Source of the DNA: Octopus sinensis
Lineage: Eukaryota
NCBI RefSeq assembly: GCF_006345805.1
Contig: NC_043000.1
Span: forward strand, 35,588,001 to 35,652,000
Reading direction: 5' to 3'
DNA: 64,000 nucleotides
The translations under genes and the position numbers were made by a program. The notes under the pieces are model-generated. The model had not been told where the DNA came from. It worked only from the letters and a program-made list of their open reading frames with translations, and made no database searches. Positions 34,201-48,753 of this stretch are shown one piece after another (within the stretch, counting starts at the first letter, position 1; every line of letters starts with the position of its first letter).

Positions 34201-36585
34201 CTTTCCTTGGATATATATATATATATATATATGCATTTATCATTATTATTTGATGTCTACTGTCACATCTTCACAGCAAGAAGTGAGAAGAGCTTCATAC
34301 AGTTTCCCATTAAAACAGTACCATTTCACTTCTCTTCACCCTTCCATTGTGACTATCAAAGTTATTGGTTTTGAGGGAATATATTATTATTATTATTACA
34401 TTCTTAATTGTAGAACAAAATTGAAGACACAATATTATTCTGCTGCAGTAGGATTAAGTCTTGATTAATTAAAATTTCCTTTTGGAGAAAGAAAAGAAAA
34501 TCTAGTCAAAATTGTTTGAGATGCTAAAAGTAAGAAAGGAGATAATTTTAAGAAAGTAAGAATTGATTCTTTAAAATTAATTTACATGCTTAGGACATGA
34601 CGAGCAATTATGGGCATGTTTCAGTTGAGTAAACCTTATCACAAATCAGTTTGATCAATTAACACAAAAAGAAAAAATATATATAATGACCTAAGAGAGA
34701 ATAGCTAAATGACTGTTGATAAATAAGAGTGATATACTTCTCTAATGGAGTCTAACACACTGAAACATATCCATAGTTGTCCCCTTTATCTGTTTATTAA
34801 CAACAAATCACCCATCCCTTAATTACCTTTGGAAGATTAATTTTTAGTTTCTGATAATTATCTCACTTTTTTTTTTTTTCCATTTGTCAGAGTTATTCAA
34901 AGTTACCACTAGGTTTTTCTGTTTTTCTACTCCAGCTGAGGCTGAAATTTCCATTAAGAATTTAACTTGACTGTGTTACATTCAGTACATCCCTACTGTA
35001 ACTTATTGGCTTGTCTCAATTACTTCCCTTTGTTTATTTTATTATTTTTTTATTTTTCTTGTTCAGTAAATAAAAATGCACAAGATATTACTTCTTAACT
35101 CTTCTAAATTTAAGATTGTCTTCACAATTAAATTATGGTCTGTACATTTTATTATAAATATTTTTGTTAAACAAACCTGGAGTAGAGAAGGTATGGTAGT
35201 GAAAGGACTTTGGCAAACTTGTTTGATTGAATGACTATTCAAACAACCCGATAAGTTATTTAGTTAAATGATTAACTAATTAGTAATAATAAAAGAAGTG
35301 AAATTGAACCAATGTGTGTGTTTATTGTTACAATGACCCTCTCGAGATGCAACGAAATCTGTTTCAGTGCACAAGTTCACATCAAGAATCTTACAAGCCA
35401 AATCCAAAAATGAAATCTGTGAAAATGTTATTTGTGTTCCGAGGAAGTAGAATGAAATTTAGGGACTTTTTCTTTTTGGCCCCAGATGCTCTCTAATCTG
35501 CAATGTTCTTATTTTCTTCGTCTTCACAAAATTTAAAACAAAACAACAAAGGATCTTCAACATGGCCACTGATTGTGCTAAAAACCACTCCCCCAACATC
35601 TTAAAACAAGAAAGACACTCTGTTTAATGTAGCAGTGATGGCAACGAATTTTCTGATCAAACCAAAGAATCTGTTTCCATTGATTTCTCAAATTGCTGAA
35701 GCTATCTCTTGGACAGATGTGCCACTGTTTTTCTGTAATGGAACCAAAACAGACACTGCAAGACATCCTGCCTGACACTCTTTTAATTCTGCCAATCCAC
35801 CAAACCAGACTGGTACTTTTTGTTGGCATTTTGTCATTTTTACCTGTTTTCCAGCTACTCCCACCTGCATATAATGCAGGTAGCCATGTATCTCTTTTAT
35901 TATAGTAAGACACATGTGCTTATCCTTTTGTCATAATTTAGTCTTTCAACCCCTGGCTCAAAGCCACCATCTCCCTCTGAAATAATTCCCTTCACTCAGT
36001 CAATAGGGTTTTTTCTTTTTTTAGTTACTTAGCAACCTCACTAGTGCCAGTGAATTGGTTGAAATTAGGAAGGTATCCAGCCTTAGGAACCGTGCCAGAG
36101 CTGACACTGGAGCTTGCCAGATTCTGTCAAATTATCCAATCCATGCCAATATGGAAAACAGATGCTAAACGATGATGAAAGGATGGACAAATTTGACCTT
36201 GGCAGGATTTGAACTCAGAGTGTAAAGACTGGAACTAATACTATGAGATATTCTTTCCAGCATTCTAACAACCCTAACAGTTTATATATGAAGGACAGGA
36301 TGGTCACAGATGGAATGTATATGATCATAGGCCTTTTTGACTTGGACCAGATAACAACTACTACTTTGGATTTCATGCTTTATAATAGAATTGTTTTTGT
36401 GGTTAGTTTTCCCTGTGATGGAACAGGGGACGACTGATGAAGGGAATGGTCTTTATGTTGCCTGTCTCATTTCTCTATTTGTTTCTTTCGTTGTTCGAAA
36501 AAAGTTCGTTTTCCATACTTTTGTTTTTTATGTTCTTGTTTCTCATTTTGTTCACATTTTTTTTACGTGCTGTATCCTTATATGC

Positions 36586-36616
<31 letters not shown>

Positions 36617-37196
36617 TATATATAGGCATGTACATGTATGTGTGTATATATGCTTATATATATATATATTATTATGTGATCGAATGCCACGCATCCATTT
36701 CCAAGTAAGTTTTATATGTCCATCTCCTATGTTCTTGCCTTTAAGCTTTCACTTCATACACGCCAATTCAATTTGATTCGTTCTCAGTCGAAAGACACCT
36801 GTTGCTATTTCTTGTTGTTTGTATTCGTAACTGTGTACCATATTCTCCATTTTTTTGTTAGTTTGTTTTGTCTTTGTTGCCATACACATTTACTAGCTTT
36901 GTTACAAACGGGCCTAATGCTCTTAGCTGAGACTTTCTTGGCGGGGGGGGGACAACTAGATCGAACCATCTCAAGTGTAACTGCCCAAAATGGTCGTGAC
37001 TTCTGAAACTGAGGAAAGAAAGCCAAGAATGACCCGTCTTTTTTTTTTTTTGCCTGTCCTTCTAATTGTTGTTTCTCTTATCCACCTTTGTATTGTCTAT
37101 CTTTCCGAATGTTTTAATGTCCTCTATTGTGTTTTTGTTCCATTTTTATATATATATATATATATAAAAATGGAACAAAAACACAATAGAGGACAT

Positions 37197-37229
<33 letters not shown>

Positions 37230-37443
37230 ATGTATTGTATCCCTTGCTATATAGGGGTAGTCGTAGAGTGGTTGACTTTTAACTTGATTTTGCTATCAAT
37301 TGCTTCTGTTTGTAGAGGTTTTAAATTTGACAAGACGCTTGCTTTTTTACATGATAATTGTTTAGAAAACATTGTAATCAATATCTCTGTAAAAGATCAA
37401 TGTCTTTAAGATTTGCTTTTTTTTCTCTCTCTTCTCCATCCAG

Positions 37444-37526
37444 ATTTGTCTTGTCGATCACGACTGGCCACTCTCAATGAGAAGTTGACTCAACTAGAAA
37501 GAAAAGTTGAGTACATTGAAGCTAGG
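37444..37526 (+). CDS. BRK1: BRICK1/HSPC300 coding exon 2 (83 nt)
   Basis: Polypyrimidine tract + cag acceptor (37441-37443). Continues in frame as [28 protein letters not shown] (human [28 protein letters not shown]). Donor AGG|gtaagt at 37527. Confidence 0.97.
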
Positions 37527-37687
37527 GTAAGTTTAAATCTATATGCAAGCTGATGAAATGGTATTACCAATTCGTTATATATATAGATGTGTGTGTGGAT
37601 GTCTGTTGCAAGTGAGAATGTTGAAGTTAGAAAATTACTATTTGTAAATCCCACAACAAGAGATATTCAGCACCAGTATTTCGGAGT

Positions 37688-37884
37688 AAAGATTGTTTGC
37701 CAACATAACATGGCAGTCCTGGTTTAGGACGAATGTTGCTGTAATTTAGCTCCAGCTGGCTATACATAAAATATTAGGACACAGATCGTGTTGTATAGCC
37801 AACTGGAGATGATGTCTCCTGGGGCTATATTACTGCAACATTCATCCTAAACCAGGACTGCCATGTTATTGGCAAACAATCTTT
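37688..37884. repeat. ~200-nt inverted repeat (hairpin) in BRK1 intron 2
   Basis: ~68-bp arms aaagattgtttgccaacataacatggcagtcctggtttaggacgaatgttgctgtaatttagctccag and its near-perfect reverse complement at 37818-37884. Inner arms ccagctggctatac / gtatagccaactgg. Confidence 0.85.
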
Positions 37885-37904
37885 AATCCAATGTTGAAGT
37901 TGTT

Positions 37905-38600
37905 GACCACTTCAGTTATCCTGACAGTGAAATTCATAGCAGCATTGGCTTCAAGGGATGTTTGGTGCTGCCAGTATCTGTAGGTCTCTGGTCCTCCCTG
38001 TCCTGTTCTATAATTTATGAGACTTGGACACTGTCCGAGGTCCCTTAGGAGCCACCTGAATTCCTTTGGTACAAGGATGCTTTGCAGGATTATGGGTTAC
38101 CATTAGTCAGATTCCATTTCCAACCAACAACTCTTCTCAGAAACTGAGATGCGTCCTGCTTCTTGCACGACTGGGGTGTGCTAGCTCTGACTGTTTGGTT
38201 ATGTTGCTTAATTTTCCAAGTTAAACCCTGCTTACCATGTTCTCTTCACTGAGGATCCAACTGGGTTGGCAGCTTGCATTGGTCATGGCAGATGAAGAGG
38301 TATCTTGAGGTATCTTGCAGAGATGGAGACTGACTGAGACTCTGCTTGATGGGTCACCTGGGAGGACCTGGAAATATACTGACAAATGGTGAATGCAATA
38401 ATGTGCTGCTTTGGTGCATCCCTCAACACCTGACCTCGTCTGATGTCTGTGTGTATGAATTGTGCCTGTATATGTGCATGGATATGCGTTTTGAGTTTCT
38501 TTGTCTTAACATTGAGCAACAGCTGTAAATGAGAGTCACCATCATACGAGTGGTGTAGATCATTTTGTAGAAACCTGTCCAACTCCTTGTGCTGTTCAGG
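37905..38600 (+). mobile_element. Highly degenerate RTE LINE fragment
   Basis: EVVDHFSY..SEI and YRSLVLPVLFY..ETWTL-like remnants with stops and frameshifts. Confidence 0.5.
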
Positions 38601-39363
38601 TTTGAAGGACTTGGGGGATAATAGTACCTTGCTTGGAAACAGATGAATGGTGATGACAGGAAAGACATTAGGCTATAAAGCTCTGCCTCATATTCTGTCT
38701 GACCCATGCAAGCTTGCAAAAGTACTCACTAAAATGCTAATGATGACTCTTGGATACAGAGGATTTAAGAAAATATGAAAGCAATGAAGAGAACATGTTT
38801 CACTGGATGTGGGTGAAGTAAAAATGAGTGTGGGGTGCTCTAAGTGATTGAAAAATCTCTGGGAAGACAAGTGATGAGGGGGTGAAGACTGATCTCATGA
38901 TGCTGAACTTCACAGAAAAGATGATGGTAGCTGTGATGCTTTCACGGAAACCATGTCTGCATTCCCAGTCCCCACCTCTGTTCCTACAGTTCATTGAGTA
39001 ACCTTATCTTCACAGTTTCTCTCTCCTCAATGCTCCTCTTTCCCTCTCATCAAATGCCCCACCATCAACTACCTCACAATCCAATGAGTTGGAGGACCAT
39101 GTCATTCCAGTACTTACTTCGGCATGATGGTTTCTACAGCTGGATGCCTTTCCTAACACCAACCCTTTTTCAAAGTGAAGTGGGTGTCACTTTTGTGCCA
39201 CTGGCGCTAGTGAAGATTGCCGCATAACTTGCAAGACTAAAATCTCTAAAGTGATCTCCATAGGGTGATGGAAACAAATTAAATGAAACAAACAGATTTA
39301 TAGTTGTGATAGAATGGTGGTAGGAGAGGAGATTAATAGAGTAGTAGTAGTAGAGAAGTGTGA

Positions 39364-39670
39364 AGACACGTGGCTTAGTGGTTAGTGTATTTGGATCATA
39401 GTCATAAGTTCATAGGTTCAATTCCTGGCAGCATGTTATGGCCTTGAGCATGACACTTTATTTCTTGTTACTCTAATTTACTCACCTGGCAAAAATGAGT
39501 AGTACTTGTATATGGAAAGGGCTAACCTTGTCACATTCTGTCTCACACTGAAACACATTAAGGGAATGCATGTTTGTGGAGCACTCAGCCCCTTGCATGT
39601 TAATTTCACGAGCAGGTTGTTCTATTGATCGGATCAACTGGAACACTCGTCGTTGAAACTAACGGAGCAC
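39364..39670 (+). mobile_element. tRNA-derived SINE family E, near full length
   Basis: A box TGGCTTAGTGG, B box ggttcaattcc, core ccttgagcatgacacttta, tail gatcggatcaactggaacactcgtcgttgaaactaacggag. Confidence 0.8.
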
Positions 39671-40331
39671 CCTTTAATTGGGGGGAGGGGTATAGCAAGG
39701 AACAGGAGAAAGGGAAGGGATTATTGAGAAAAGTGGATGGGTTGGGTTGTGTAGGAAGGAGTCTAGAGCTATCTTCTAGGAAACAAGAAAGGGAGCAGTA
39801 GCTTAGGGTGGAGAGGAATCCTGAGTGAATCAGTGAAGGAAAGCATTGGTGAGGTGGGGACAGATGAAGAAGAGTGTTGACGAGGCAGAGGTGTGGGTGG
39901 GGGAAATCAAATTAATTGAATTTCAGATTGAAATATTGACAATATTTTCATCTCCAAAGAAGAAATTATTAGACTCAAAAATTATAATCTTAGAAAATGT
40001 ATTTATTGCAATGATATTTTGTGAAAATTTGTGATTTTCACTTTCATTATCTATATTTGATGTATGTTGTTTGGGCACAGGTGGGGGAAGGGTGTGGTTA
40101 AGAAGCTTGCTTTCCAATGATGTGGGTTTGGTTTGAGTGTCGCTGTATAGCATGATGACCCCAGGCTGGCCAAAGGCTTGTGAGGGGATTTGGTTGATGG
40201 AAACTGAAAGAAGCCAGTCGTATACATAGATATGTAAAACTCAAACGGAATTTACATATGTATATATAGAAATATATATATACACATATATATACATACA
40301 TACATATATCTATATAGTTATATATGTATGT

Positions 40332-40530
40332 ATAATTGAAAAGATTGGAGCCAACGAGGATTACGGTTGGACATTTATTTTTTAATCACTACAATTGTTT
40401 CCACACAACTTAGTTCTCCAGGTGTGCAGGTACTTGATTATGCAACTGTTTTCCTGCAGGAAACAGTTGCATAATTAGATAATGGATGTCCAACCGTCCT
40501 CCATGTTGTTGACTCCAGTCTTTTCAGTTA
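40332..40530. mobile_element. Fold-back PLE-like remnant with the 3' half of a hammerhead
   Basis: Outer arms 40332-40374 / 40485-40530, inner 39-bp palindrome 40437-40475. Minus strand 40385-40401 reads GAAAC-AATT-GTA-GTGAT. Adjacent to (TA)n. Confidence 0.6.
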
Positions 40531-43500
40531 TCAATTCATACACGTCAGATACCCAAACGCAAACCTGGAATTCTGTATAATACTACTACTGGATAGCATA
40601 GGGTAAACCTGAATGTGGACGAACTTTATATTGTACTTTACTACGTTCTTAACAGAATAAGAGACCCCCTTCACTCATGAATGACCATGGGATTGCATCT
40701 AGAAAGTTACCCTCCAAGGCACAAGTCCGGGCAAGGTTGTTTATGGAAGACCAGCAGTCGCCCATGCATACCGGCCTCCTCTCTCCATGCCACCAGTGTT
40801 GTCCAAAGGAAAGGTAAAGGTTGATACAGCTTGGCACAGATGACATAGCAACTCATTTCTACAGCTGAGTGAACTGGAGCAATGTGAAATAAAGTGTCTT
40901 GCTCAAGGACACAACATGCAGCCCAATCTGGGATCTCACAATCTCACAGTTGTAAGTTTGACACTCTAATCACTGAGCCATGCACCTTCACTTGAACAGA
41001 ATATACGATAACTATATATATGTGTGTGTGTGTACATACATACATGTATGTGTGTGTGGTGTGTGTATGTGTACATTCATACATGTATGCTTGTTTACAC
41101 ATGCTTCTGTCTTGACATCATATAATGGTTTCGCCATGAAAAATATGTTCGGTCATGGGGAAATATTACGTTGCTTGGAAACAACTGAGGGTTAGTGAGA
41201 GGAAAGGCATTCAGCTGTAAAAGAATTTGTCTCAACAAATTCCATCTGAGCTATGCAAGCATGAAGAAGTAGACATTAAAACAGTGGTGATCATGATGAT
41301 GATCTTTTGAGCTTTGGTCTTGGAGGTTTGCTATAAACCCACTTAGTACACTTCCAATCAACTTCAAATTAATATTTGGACAAATCATCTCTAATTACAT
41401 TTTGGTTTTGATGAAGCTTTTATCTATAATGTTGATTTTTTTTTTTTAATGTCTAAAACGAAATACATGCTGTAGAAAAACATTTTTATACACATTGTTT
41501 TAAAGAAAGCATGGCTGTATGGTAAAAAGTTTGCTCCCAACCTCATGGTTCCAGGTTCAGTCCTGTTGCATGGCACCTTGGGCAAGTGACTTCTACTATA
41601 AACTCAGACTGATCAAAGCTTTGCGAGTGGATTTGGGAGATGGAAACTGAAAGAAGCCCATCATGTGCATGTGTGTATTTATCCCCCACCACCACTTGGC
41701 AACCGGTGTTAGTATGTTTACGTCCCCATAACTTAGTGGTTGACCAAACAAGACCAACAGAATAAACATCAGGCTTTAAAAGGAATAAGTATTGGGGTTG
41801 ATCCATTTGACTAAAAAAAAAATAATCATAGGTGCAGGAGTTGCTGTGTAGTAAGAAGCTCGCTTACCAACCACATGGTTCCATGTTCAGTCCCACTGCA
41901 TGGCACCTTGGGCAAGTGTCTTCTACTATAGCCTCGGGCTGACCAAAGCTTTGTGAGTGGATTTGGTAGACGGAAACTGAAAGAAGCCCGTCATGTGTGT
42001 GTGTGTATATATATATATATGTATGTATGTATGTTTGTATATATGTTTGTGTGTCTGTGTTTGTCCCCCCAACATTGCTTGACAACCGATGTTGGTGTGT
42101 TTACACCCCCATAACTTAGCATTTCGCCAAAAGAAACTGATAGAATAAGTAGTAGGCTTACCAAGAATAAGTCCTGGGGTCGATCTGTTTGACTTAAGGT
42201 TGTGCTCCAGCATGGCCACAGTCAAATGACTGAAACAAGTAAAAGAATAAAAGAAAAAGGCTGTTCCCCAGCACGGCAGGAGTCTAATGACGAAAGCAAG
42301 TTAAAAACAAAAGTGATACAAAATAATACAGGCAGAAACTTGTCAGACAATTCAAAGTGCTTCTCTTAAAACTCTTTTAGTAGATTGTGCCAAATTCTTG
42401 TCTCACTTCCTTTATTCCTGCCAAGTCTGATATCAAAGCATAAATTTCCATAGTTGGGTAATCTTCTTGTTTACTGCAACGAAAAACAAGAAAAACTGTC
42501 ACAAATCTTTCATGTTTATAATGTAAAAAAAGCACCCAGAACACTCTCTGAAATGGTTGGCATTAGGAAGGGCATCCAGCTGTAGAAACAGACAATGGAA
42601 CCTGGTGTGGCTCCTGGCCTTACCAGCTCCTTTCAAACTGTCCAATCCATGCCAGCATGGAAAATGGATGTTAAATGAGGAAGATTCTGTTTTTATGGGT
42701 GCATTACCATGGAAATCTGCCTGCAACAATAATGAATATTTTAAAAAGCAGTCTAAGACTTAATTCTCTCTCTTTGCTCTCTTTTTCTCTATCTCTGTCT
42801 GTCTCATTCTTTCTCCCACCCCACCCCCTCTCTCATACATTTATGCATATTTCTAGAGACTGCAACTCACTCCAGCTCTTTCTTATCAATGCCAGACAGG
42901 ATTATAATTGCTTCAAAATAAATTACTTCTTTTATCGTCCATCAAATAGAAATGTCTAAAACTGATTAATGGTCATTAGTCACAACTCAACTCATTCAAC
43001 TGCTGGTCAGTTTCCTTAAATTTCAATAAATCATTTTAATCTTCATCAAAATCCTGGAGATAATTTGAGTTGAGCCAATTTAAAATCTATCCCTTTTGTC
43101 AGCCTTGATCTCAGACTTAACATGGATGCTGCATCAGAACACAGGGCACTGTGTCATTTAGTTTTGAGGGGATCTTTCCCCTGGACCTCTCTGTCAAGTT
43201 GCAGATCAAGATTGTCTTTTGGTATTAATACGGCTCCTGTGGCTATTTATCTCTTGGCTTTCTTGTTTCAGTCATTGGACTGTGGCCATCCTGGGGCACC
43301 ACCTTAAAGGGTTTTAGTTAAACAAATCTCCCCCACCCACTCCCACTAATTTTTTTTTAAAGTCTGGTATTTATTCTACACTATCACTTTTGCCAAAATG
43401 TTAAGTTACGGGGATGTAAACAAACACTGGTTGTTAAGCTGTGTGAGGAGGTACAAACACACACACAAAGGTAGATACATGATGGGCTTCCACACAGTTT

Positions 43501-46251
43501 CCACCTACCAAATCCACTCACTTGGCAGCTTCGGTCAGACTGAGGTTATAGTAGAAGACACTTGTTGAAGGCTAAATAACAACTGTGATCATTCTGAAGT
43601 AGGATTGGAATCAGTTTTTGTCTGACAAACTGGAGCCGGTAGAGTTATCTACCCTGCTCATGTGTCCAACATGAAGAGGTTCTTGTTACAACTACCAGCT
43701 TCACTTTCCGTGGGTGGAGAAAAATTCAAATAGCCTTTATTGAAATATAAATTCCAAACATTTTTCAAAGATTGTTTTGCCAACAGCCATTTGAAGTGTA
43801 GATTAAGTGCAACTGCACTTTATGTGGATGAAGGAATCTTTCTAAAATGTTATCTAACTGGTTACTAATTCTACTGAAATTTAAACCTTAAATGTATGAA
43901 ATATAATTATATCATTACATATTATATGAAGATATACTATTACACACACACTCTTGTAACTTGCTTAATCACACTTAATCCTTCTCTCTCTCTCTCTCTC
44001 CTCCCTCCTGTCTGTTGCATCATCATTCCTATTCTACTGCTCCTCACCTTCCATGCATCATTGGTTACCCCCACCCCTACCTACCCTTCACAACATCCAC
44101 CCTTTAAACCCAGTCTCTACAGTTGTCACCTATCCTTCCCTACATCCTCCTCTTATCCCTTAACACTTGTTCTTCAGTCTTTATATTCACCCCGCCTGTC
44201 ATTCCCCATCTCTCATTCTACCCACCCACATCCCCAATTCTTCTGTCCCCTCTCACTTCTGATCACCTCGTACCTTGAACACCCACCCAAACACCTCATC
44301 ACTTCTATTTTTATCCCTCTTCAGCTCCACCCCAACACTCTCTTCTAAAATGGGATAACCCATATAGCTATGTTCTGCATTGGCCCCCTTCTCTCATATT
44401 GTAAGCCCTCATCTCCTAGCAGCATAAAACCCGTCTCTGTTGGGGTTTAGAGTCTTATAAGCTGCATGGTGATCTCACTGGTGTCAGTGGCTTGAAAATC
44501 ACACCCAGTCCACACTCTGTAAAGTGGTTGGTGTTAAGAAGGCCATCCGGCCATGGAAACCATGCCAAAGCAGACCCTGGAGCACAATGCAGTCCCTGGA
44601 CATGTTGAGTCTTGTGAAAATGTTCAGCCTATGCCAGCATCAAACACAGGCATTAGATGATGATGATGATGATGATGATATTAGTCTGTGTGGAAAAGCA
44701 AGCATAAGTTTGGTAATATTGATAATAGTTTGATATATTCTAATCTTTAAAACCTGTTCATGCCAGAACCATGTAATGTGTCGCTCTTAGCTACTTTTAA
44801 CAACAAAACCTCCACATTTATTTCCCCCCTCCCCACACACCCCACCACCACCTCAGTTTTTACTTTTTCTACTATTCTCAAGAAGAGAATGTATAACATT
44901 TTGGGTGCCATTCAATTTCTTCTCCCATATCAATAACTCTGACAGATCTTTGATTTTCTTCTAAGTTATTATTTACTTCTGCCTGCTGGTTATAACTATT
45001 GATTTTTTTTAACACTCTATGATAGGAGAAATGGCAGTTCTCTTAGATTTCTCAGTCATTTTAAATCAATTTTAAACCCGATATGTCACTTTGGTTAGGT
45101 GTAATATCAATTTTTCCATGTTTAAAACTAGATGTGCAAATTCAGAAACTATTTACCTGTCCAAGTTAAAACTTCTCTTAATATAGAGTTGTGTTCTCAA
45201 GCAGTTTATCAATAATTAGTAACATCAACGCTATGCTGTTTTCCATGGATTGCATGGTTCGACAAGGAACTGGGAAAGTAGAGGACCGCACAAGCTGCAA
45301 TGCCTTGTCTTAGCATGGTTTCCATGGCTGGATGTCCTTCCTATGCCACTTTACAGAGCATACTGGCTGCATTTCTCGTGGCACAAGTGAGGTGACTAAG
45401 TAAGGCCCTTCCTCCATTGAGTGGTGGGTGTAGGCTTAAGGAAGGTGTCTTTATGCCAGGTGACGAGAGGTTGAAGTGTGACAGAGGGACAGGAACAGGG
45501 GTTTTACTGCTGAGGAGATACATGGCTACCCTTTTTTTAATTTCTTGTTTATCATTTTTGATTTTGTTGTGCTTAAGAAGACCCATCAAGCCAATTAGAA
45601 TTGCAGTCATGGCAGGTATCGGTGTCACGCAAATGGCACCAATGCCAGTGGCACAAGAAAGCACCCATTACACTCTAGGAGTCGTTGGTGTCAGGAAGAG
45701 CATCCAACCGTAGAAACCATGCCAAATCAGACTGGAGTCTGGTGCAGCCTTCCAGCTTATCAGCCCTGGTCAAACTATCCAACCCATGCCGGGGACTGGA
45801 AATGATGGTGATGATGATGTTATTTTTTATAATGAATGTCTCAATTTATGTGTGGCTGAGTACTCCACAGACATGCATACCCTGTATCATATTGATTCTC
45901 ATTTAGAATTCGTGTGATACATTCCGACAAGACCAGGCCTTTGAATTACAAGCGCAACCTATTTGACAGGCTTCCACACTTCGGGATTGACAGGTTTCCA
46001 AGAACCCTAGGACCATAAAGCAAACATTGTATCAAATGGCCATGCTTGCAATATGCTTGTGTCTTCAGGAAGACACCTGCTTCTCTGTCTCCATCATAAT
46101 TTCTTTCTCCTCCAGCCTATACTTCACTCAGTTGATCGGGTTTATCTTGTGGATACTTGGCACCTGACTCAATAAACTCCATCCGATCCATGCAAATATC
46201 GGAAAGTGGATGTTAAAATCATGTTGCTGTTGATGATGATATACACTTGAG

Positions 46252-46549
46252 CAGGGGTACCCAAACAGAGTCCACTGAAGCTTTAAGGGGCTCCAGGAGT
46301 AAAAAAAATTATAATTTGTGGGTCCATATATAAATTTTGTTTATTAGGAGAGTAATCTGTATTCATTGAAATTTTCAAGATTTGTATTTGGAATTTATGT
46401 TATAAATATAACGAAATTGTTTCATTGTTAGTTTTTACTAACCTACAAACAAATATTGTATTTCAAAATTTACATGTGCATATATGGGGTCCACAGATGA
46501 GAAGATAGCTCTCAGGGGTCCACAAGCAAAATAACGTTGGGAACCCTTG
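46252..46549. mobile_element. hAT (Charlie-type) MITE
   Basis: TIRs caggggtacccaa / ttgggaacccttg. 8-bp TSD cacttgag / cactagag (7/8). Confidence 0.8.
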
Positions 46550-46972
46550 CACTAGAGTGATACTCTTCATATAACTGGTAACTTCAGAAGTATTCTTGTA
46601 CATCATGACTAATATCAGGAAATACAGCATACATACAATAATTATAATTTAGCATTTTATCAAATTTCTTTATACTTGTATAAAATGATGAAATGAATGC
46701 TAATTTTCAAAATGGAAAATTTCCCTCTTCCTCAATGCTGGACAACTGCCTGGCTAGAGACGGCAGCCAGCTGACCTTACTTTTCAAAATGACTCTCAGC
46801 TGCTAATCTCATAAGGAGGAATACAACTAGTTTTAAATCTCTGATTGAGATCTATGTAGTAACAGTACTGGATGGTAAAGTTTATTAGCCAACATAACAT
46901 GGCAGTCAGTCCTGACTAAGACTATGTTACTACATTTATATATTTGTATATATATATATATATATGTGTGTG

Positions 46973-47016
<44 letters not shown>

Positions 47017-47709
47017 CATACGTACATAGATACAGTCTAGTGGTGGTCTGTCCTTGGTCAGGTCCTGTGTATGTGAACCTTCTCCAGAACTCTCTGTATG
47101 ACCTGGGAGGGCCCATACTCTCCCGTGCTACCGTTAAGTGGATTACTGAAACTTTGGCTACCATTACTAGACTTGGGATGAATGCTGGAGTGATATCCTT
47201 TTGCTTTCTCCAAGCAGGTGGGATTTGAACAATCAGAAAATACACTGTCAAGCATTTCTACTGATGTGCCAACGATTTTGCTGCTCTTCCACCTGCAGGG
47301 CAATGTGAAGTGAAGTGTTTTGCTCAAGAACACAAGGCACCATCCGGTACAGGAGTTGAAACCACATTCTAGCAGTTGTGAGTGCAACACCCTAACCACT
47401 TGGCCACGTGCCTTCATTATGTGTGTGTGATACAAGACACATGCCCAGGATGCCATGCAATAAGATTGACCTCAGGTTTACCAAATGAACTTTTTACCAT
47501 TTTTTTTTTACCAGTCAACCTTGCCTACTTATTTGATTTTAGATATTCTTATAAAAATGATGTAATTTTGTAGATTCATTGTGTTTCCATATTATTAATC
47601 AATTTTGACCCTTTTTTTTCTTTTTTATAATTTTTCTCATTTAGTTTTGTTAAAATATGAAACCACATTTGCATGCCCCCTCCCCCAATAAAATAACAAT
47701 TGTGTATGC

Positions 47710-47768
<59 letters not shown>

Positions 47769-48179
47769 TATAGAAAGACAGACAGAGATCATCAGAGTTA
47801 CGCAAGGACCACGAGCTTTGTGCATTGGTACTTATCAAGCTATGTCTATTCCTGTCTGTCTAATATATATATATATATACACACACACATATAAATTTGA
47901 CATGGGCAATTCTTTCTTGTCTTGGGATTCACAGTCAAACAGCAGGGTGGAATTGCGAAAAAAATGACACATATGTATAGAATGATCCAGTGGTGATGCT
48001 GGGCTTTGTATTTTTTCATAGCTCCCATGGTTACCAAGATAATCTACTATAATAATACTCTTGTGTTTATGAATGAGAAAGGAAGGGATGATAGATGAAG
48101 GGGTGATGTCATACTTGGTAGTGGGATGATGAAAATTGTATGCTGAAAAATAAATCAAACATCATTTCAACTCTGTGTT

Positions 48180-48459
48180 AATATATGTGTGTGTATGTAA
48201 AAGGGGTGTATGTGAATGTGTGTGTGTGCGTGCATGCAATGGAAGTGGGATGGTTCATCTTTGTTCACTTAGTATTTGGGTTTATTTTTTGATTTGGTTG
48301 AATCTTGGGTTTTTTTTTGTTGGTCAGTTATTTTTAGCGTTTTCACAGAAAAAGTAATTCTAAAATTGTTTTTTAATGTAAGCGTGCCCAAACAAGTCAA
48401 ATGCTTATACAGGGCCACATCATCCAAACCGACTGGGTGAAACTGAGCTAAGCTGCTAG
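48180..48459 (+). mobile_element. Probable Helitron 3' end
   Basis: Degenerate GC hairpin (ccgactgggtgaaactgag) followed by gctgCTAG|T. 5' boundary uncertain. Confidence 0.4.
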
Positions 48460-48753
48460 TATATATACATATATATAAAAGAAAGGCATAAATAATGGTC
48501 TTAATGCATTTATTTGTGCATTATAGACATACAACTGTTTCTGATATGTTTTCTGGGTGCATTCATGGTTCAATAATTTCCTCAATCAATCAATTGAAAA
48601 TATAGTCTCATTAAAATGCTATCAGAGTTCAACCATGTATGTATGTATGTATGTCCAACCCATGCCAGCAGTTCAACTCCTGCTAGCATGGAAAATGGAC
48701 ATTAGATGATGATGATGATGACATATTATACATGTATTTTCTTTCTGTTTCAG

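Noticed and set aside
36425-36510. Possible hammerhead in the 36.4 kb / 16.1 kb repeat (GACGA-CUGAUGA...GAAA...UCGUU)
   Set aside because: Stem I can pair, but stem II is weak and the required U-H cleavage dinucleotide and stem III are absent in both copies. It needs a family consensus before it can be called.
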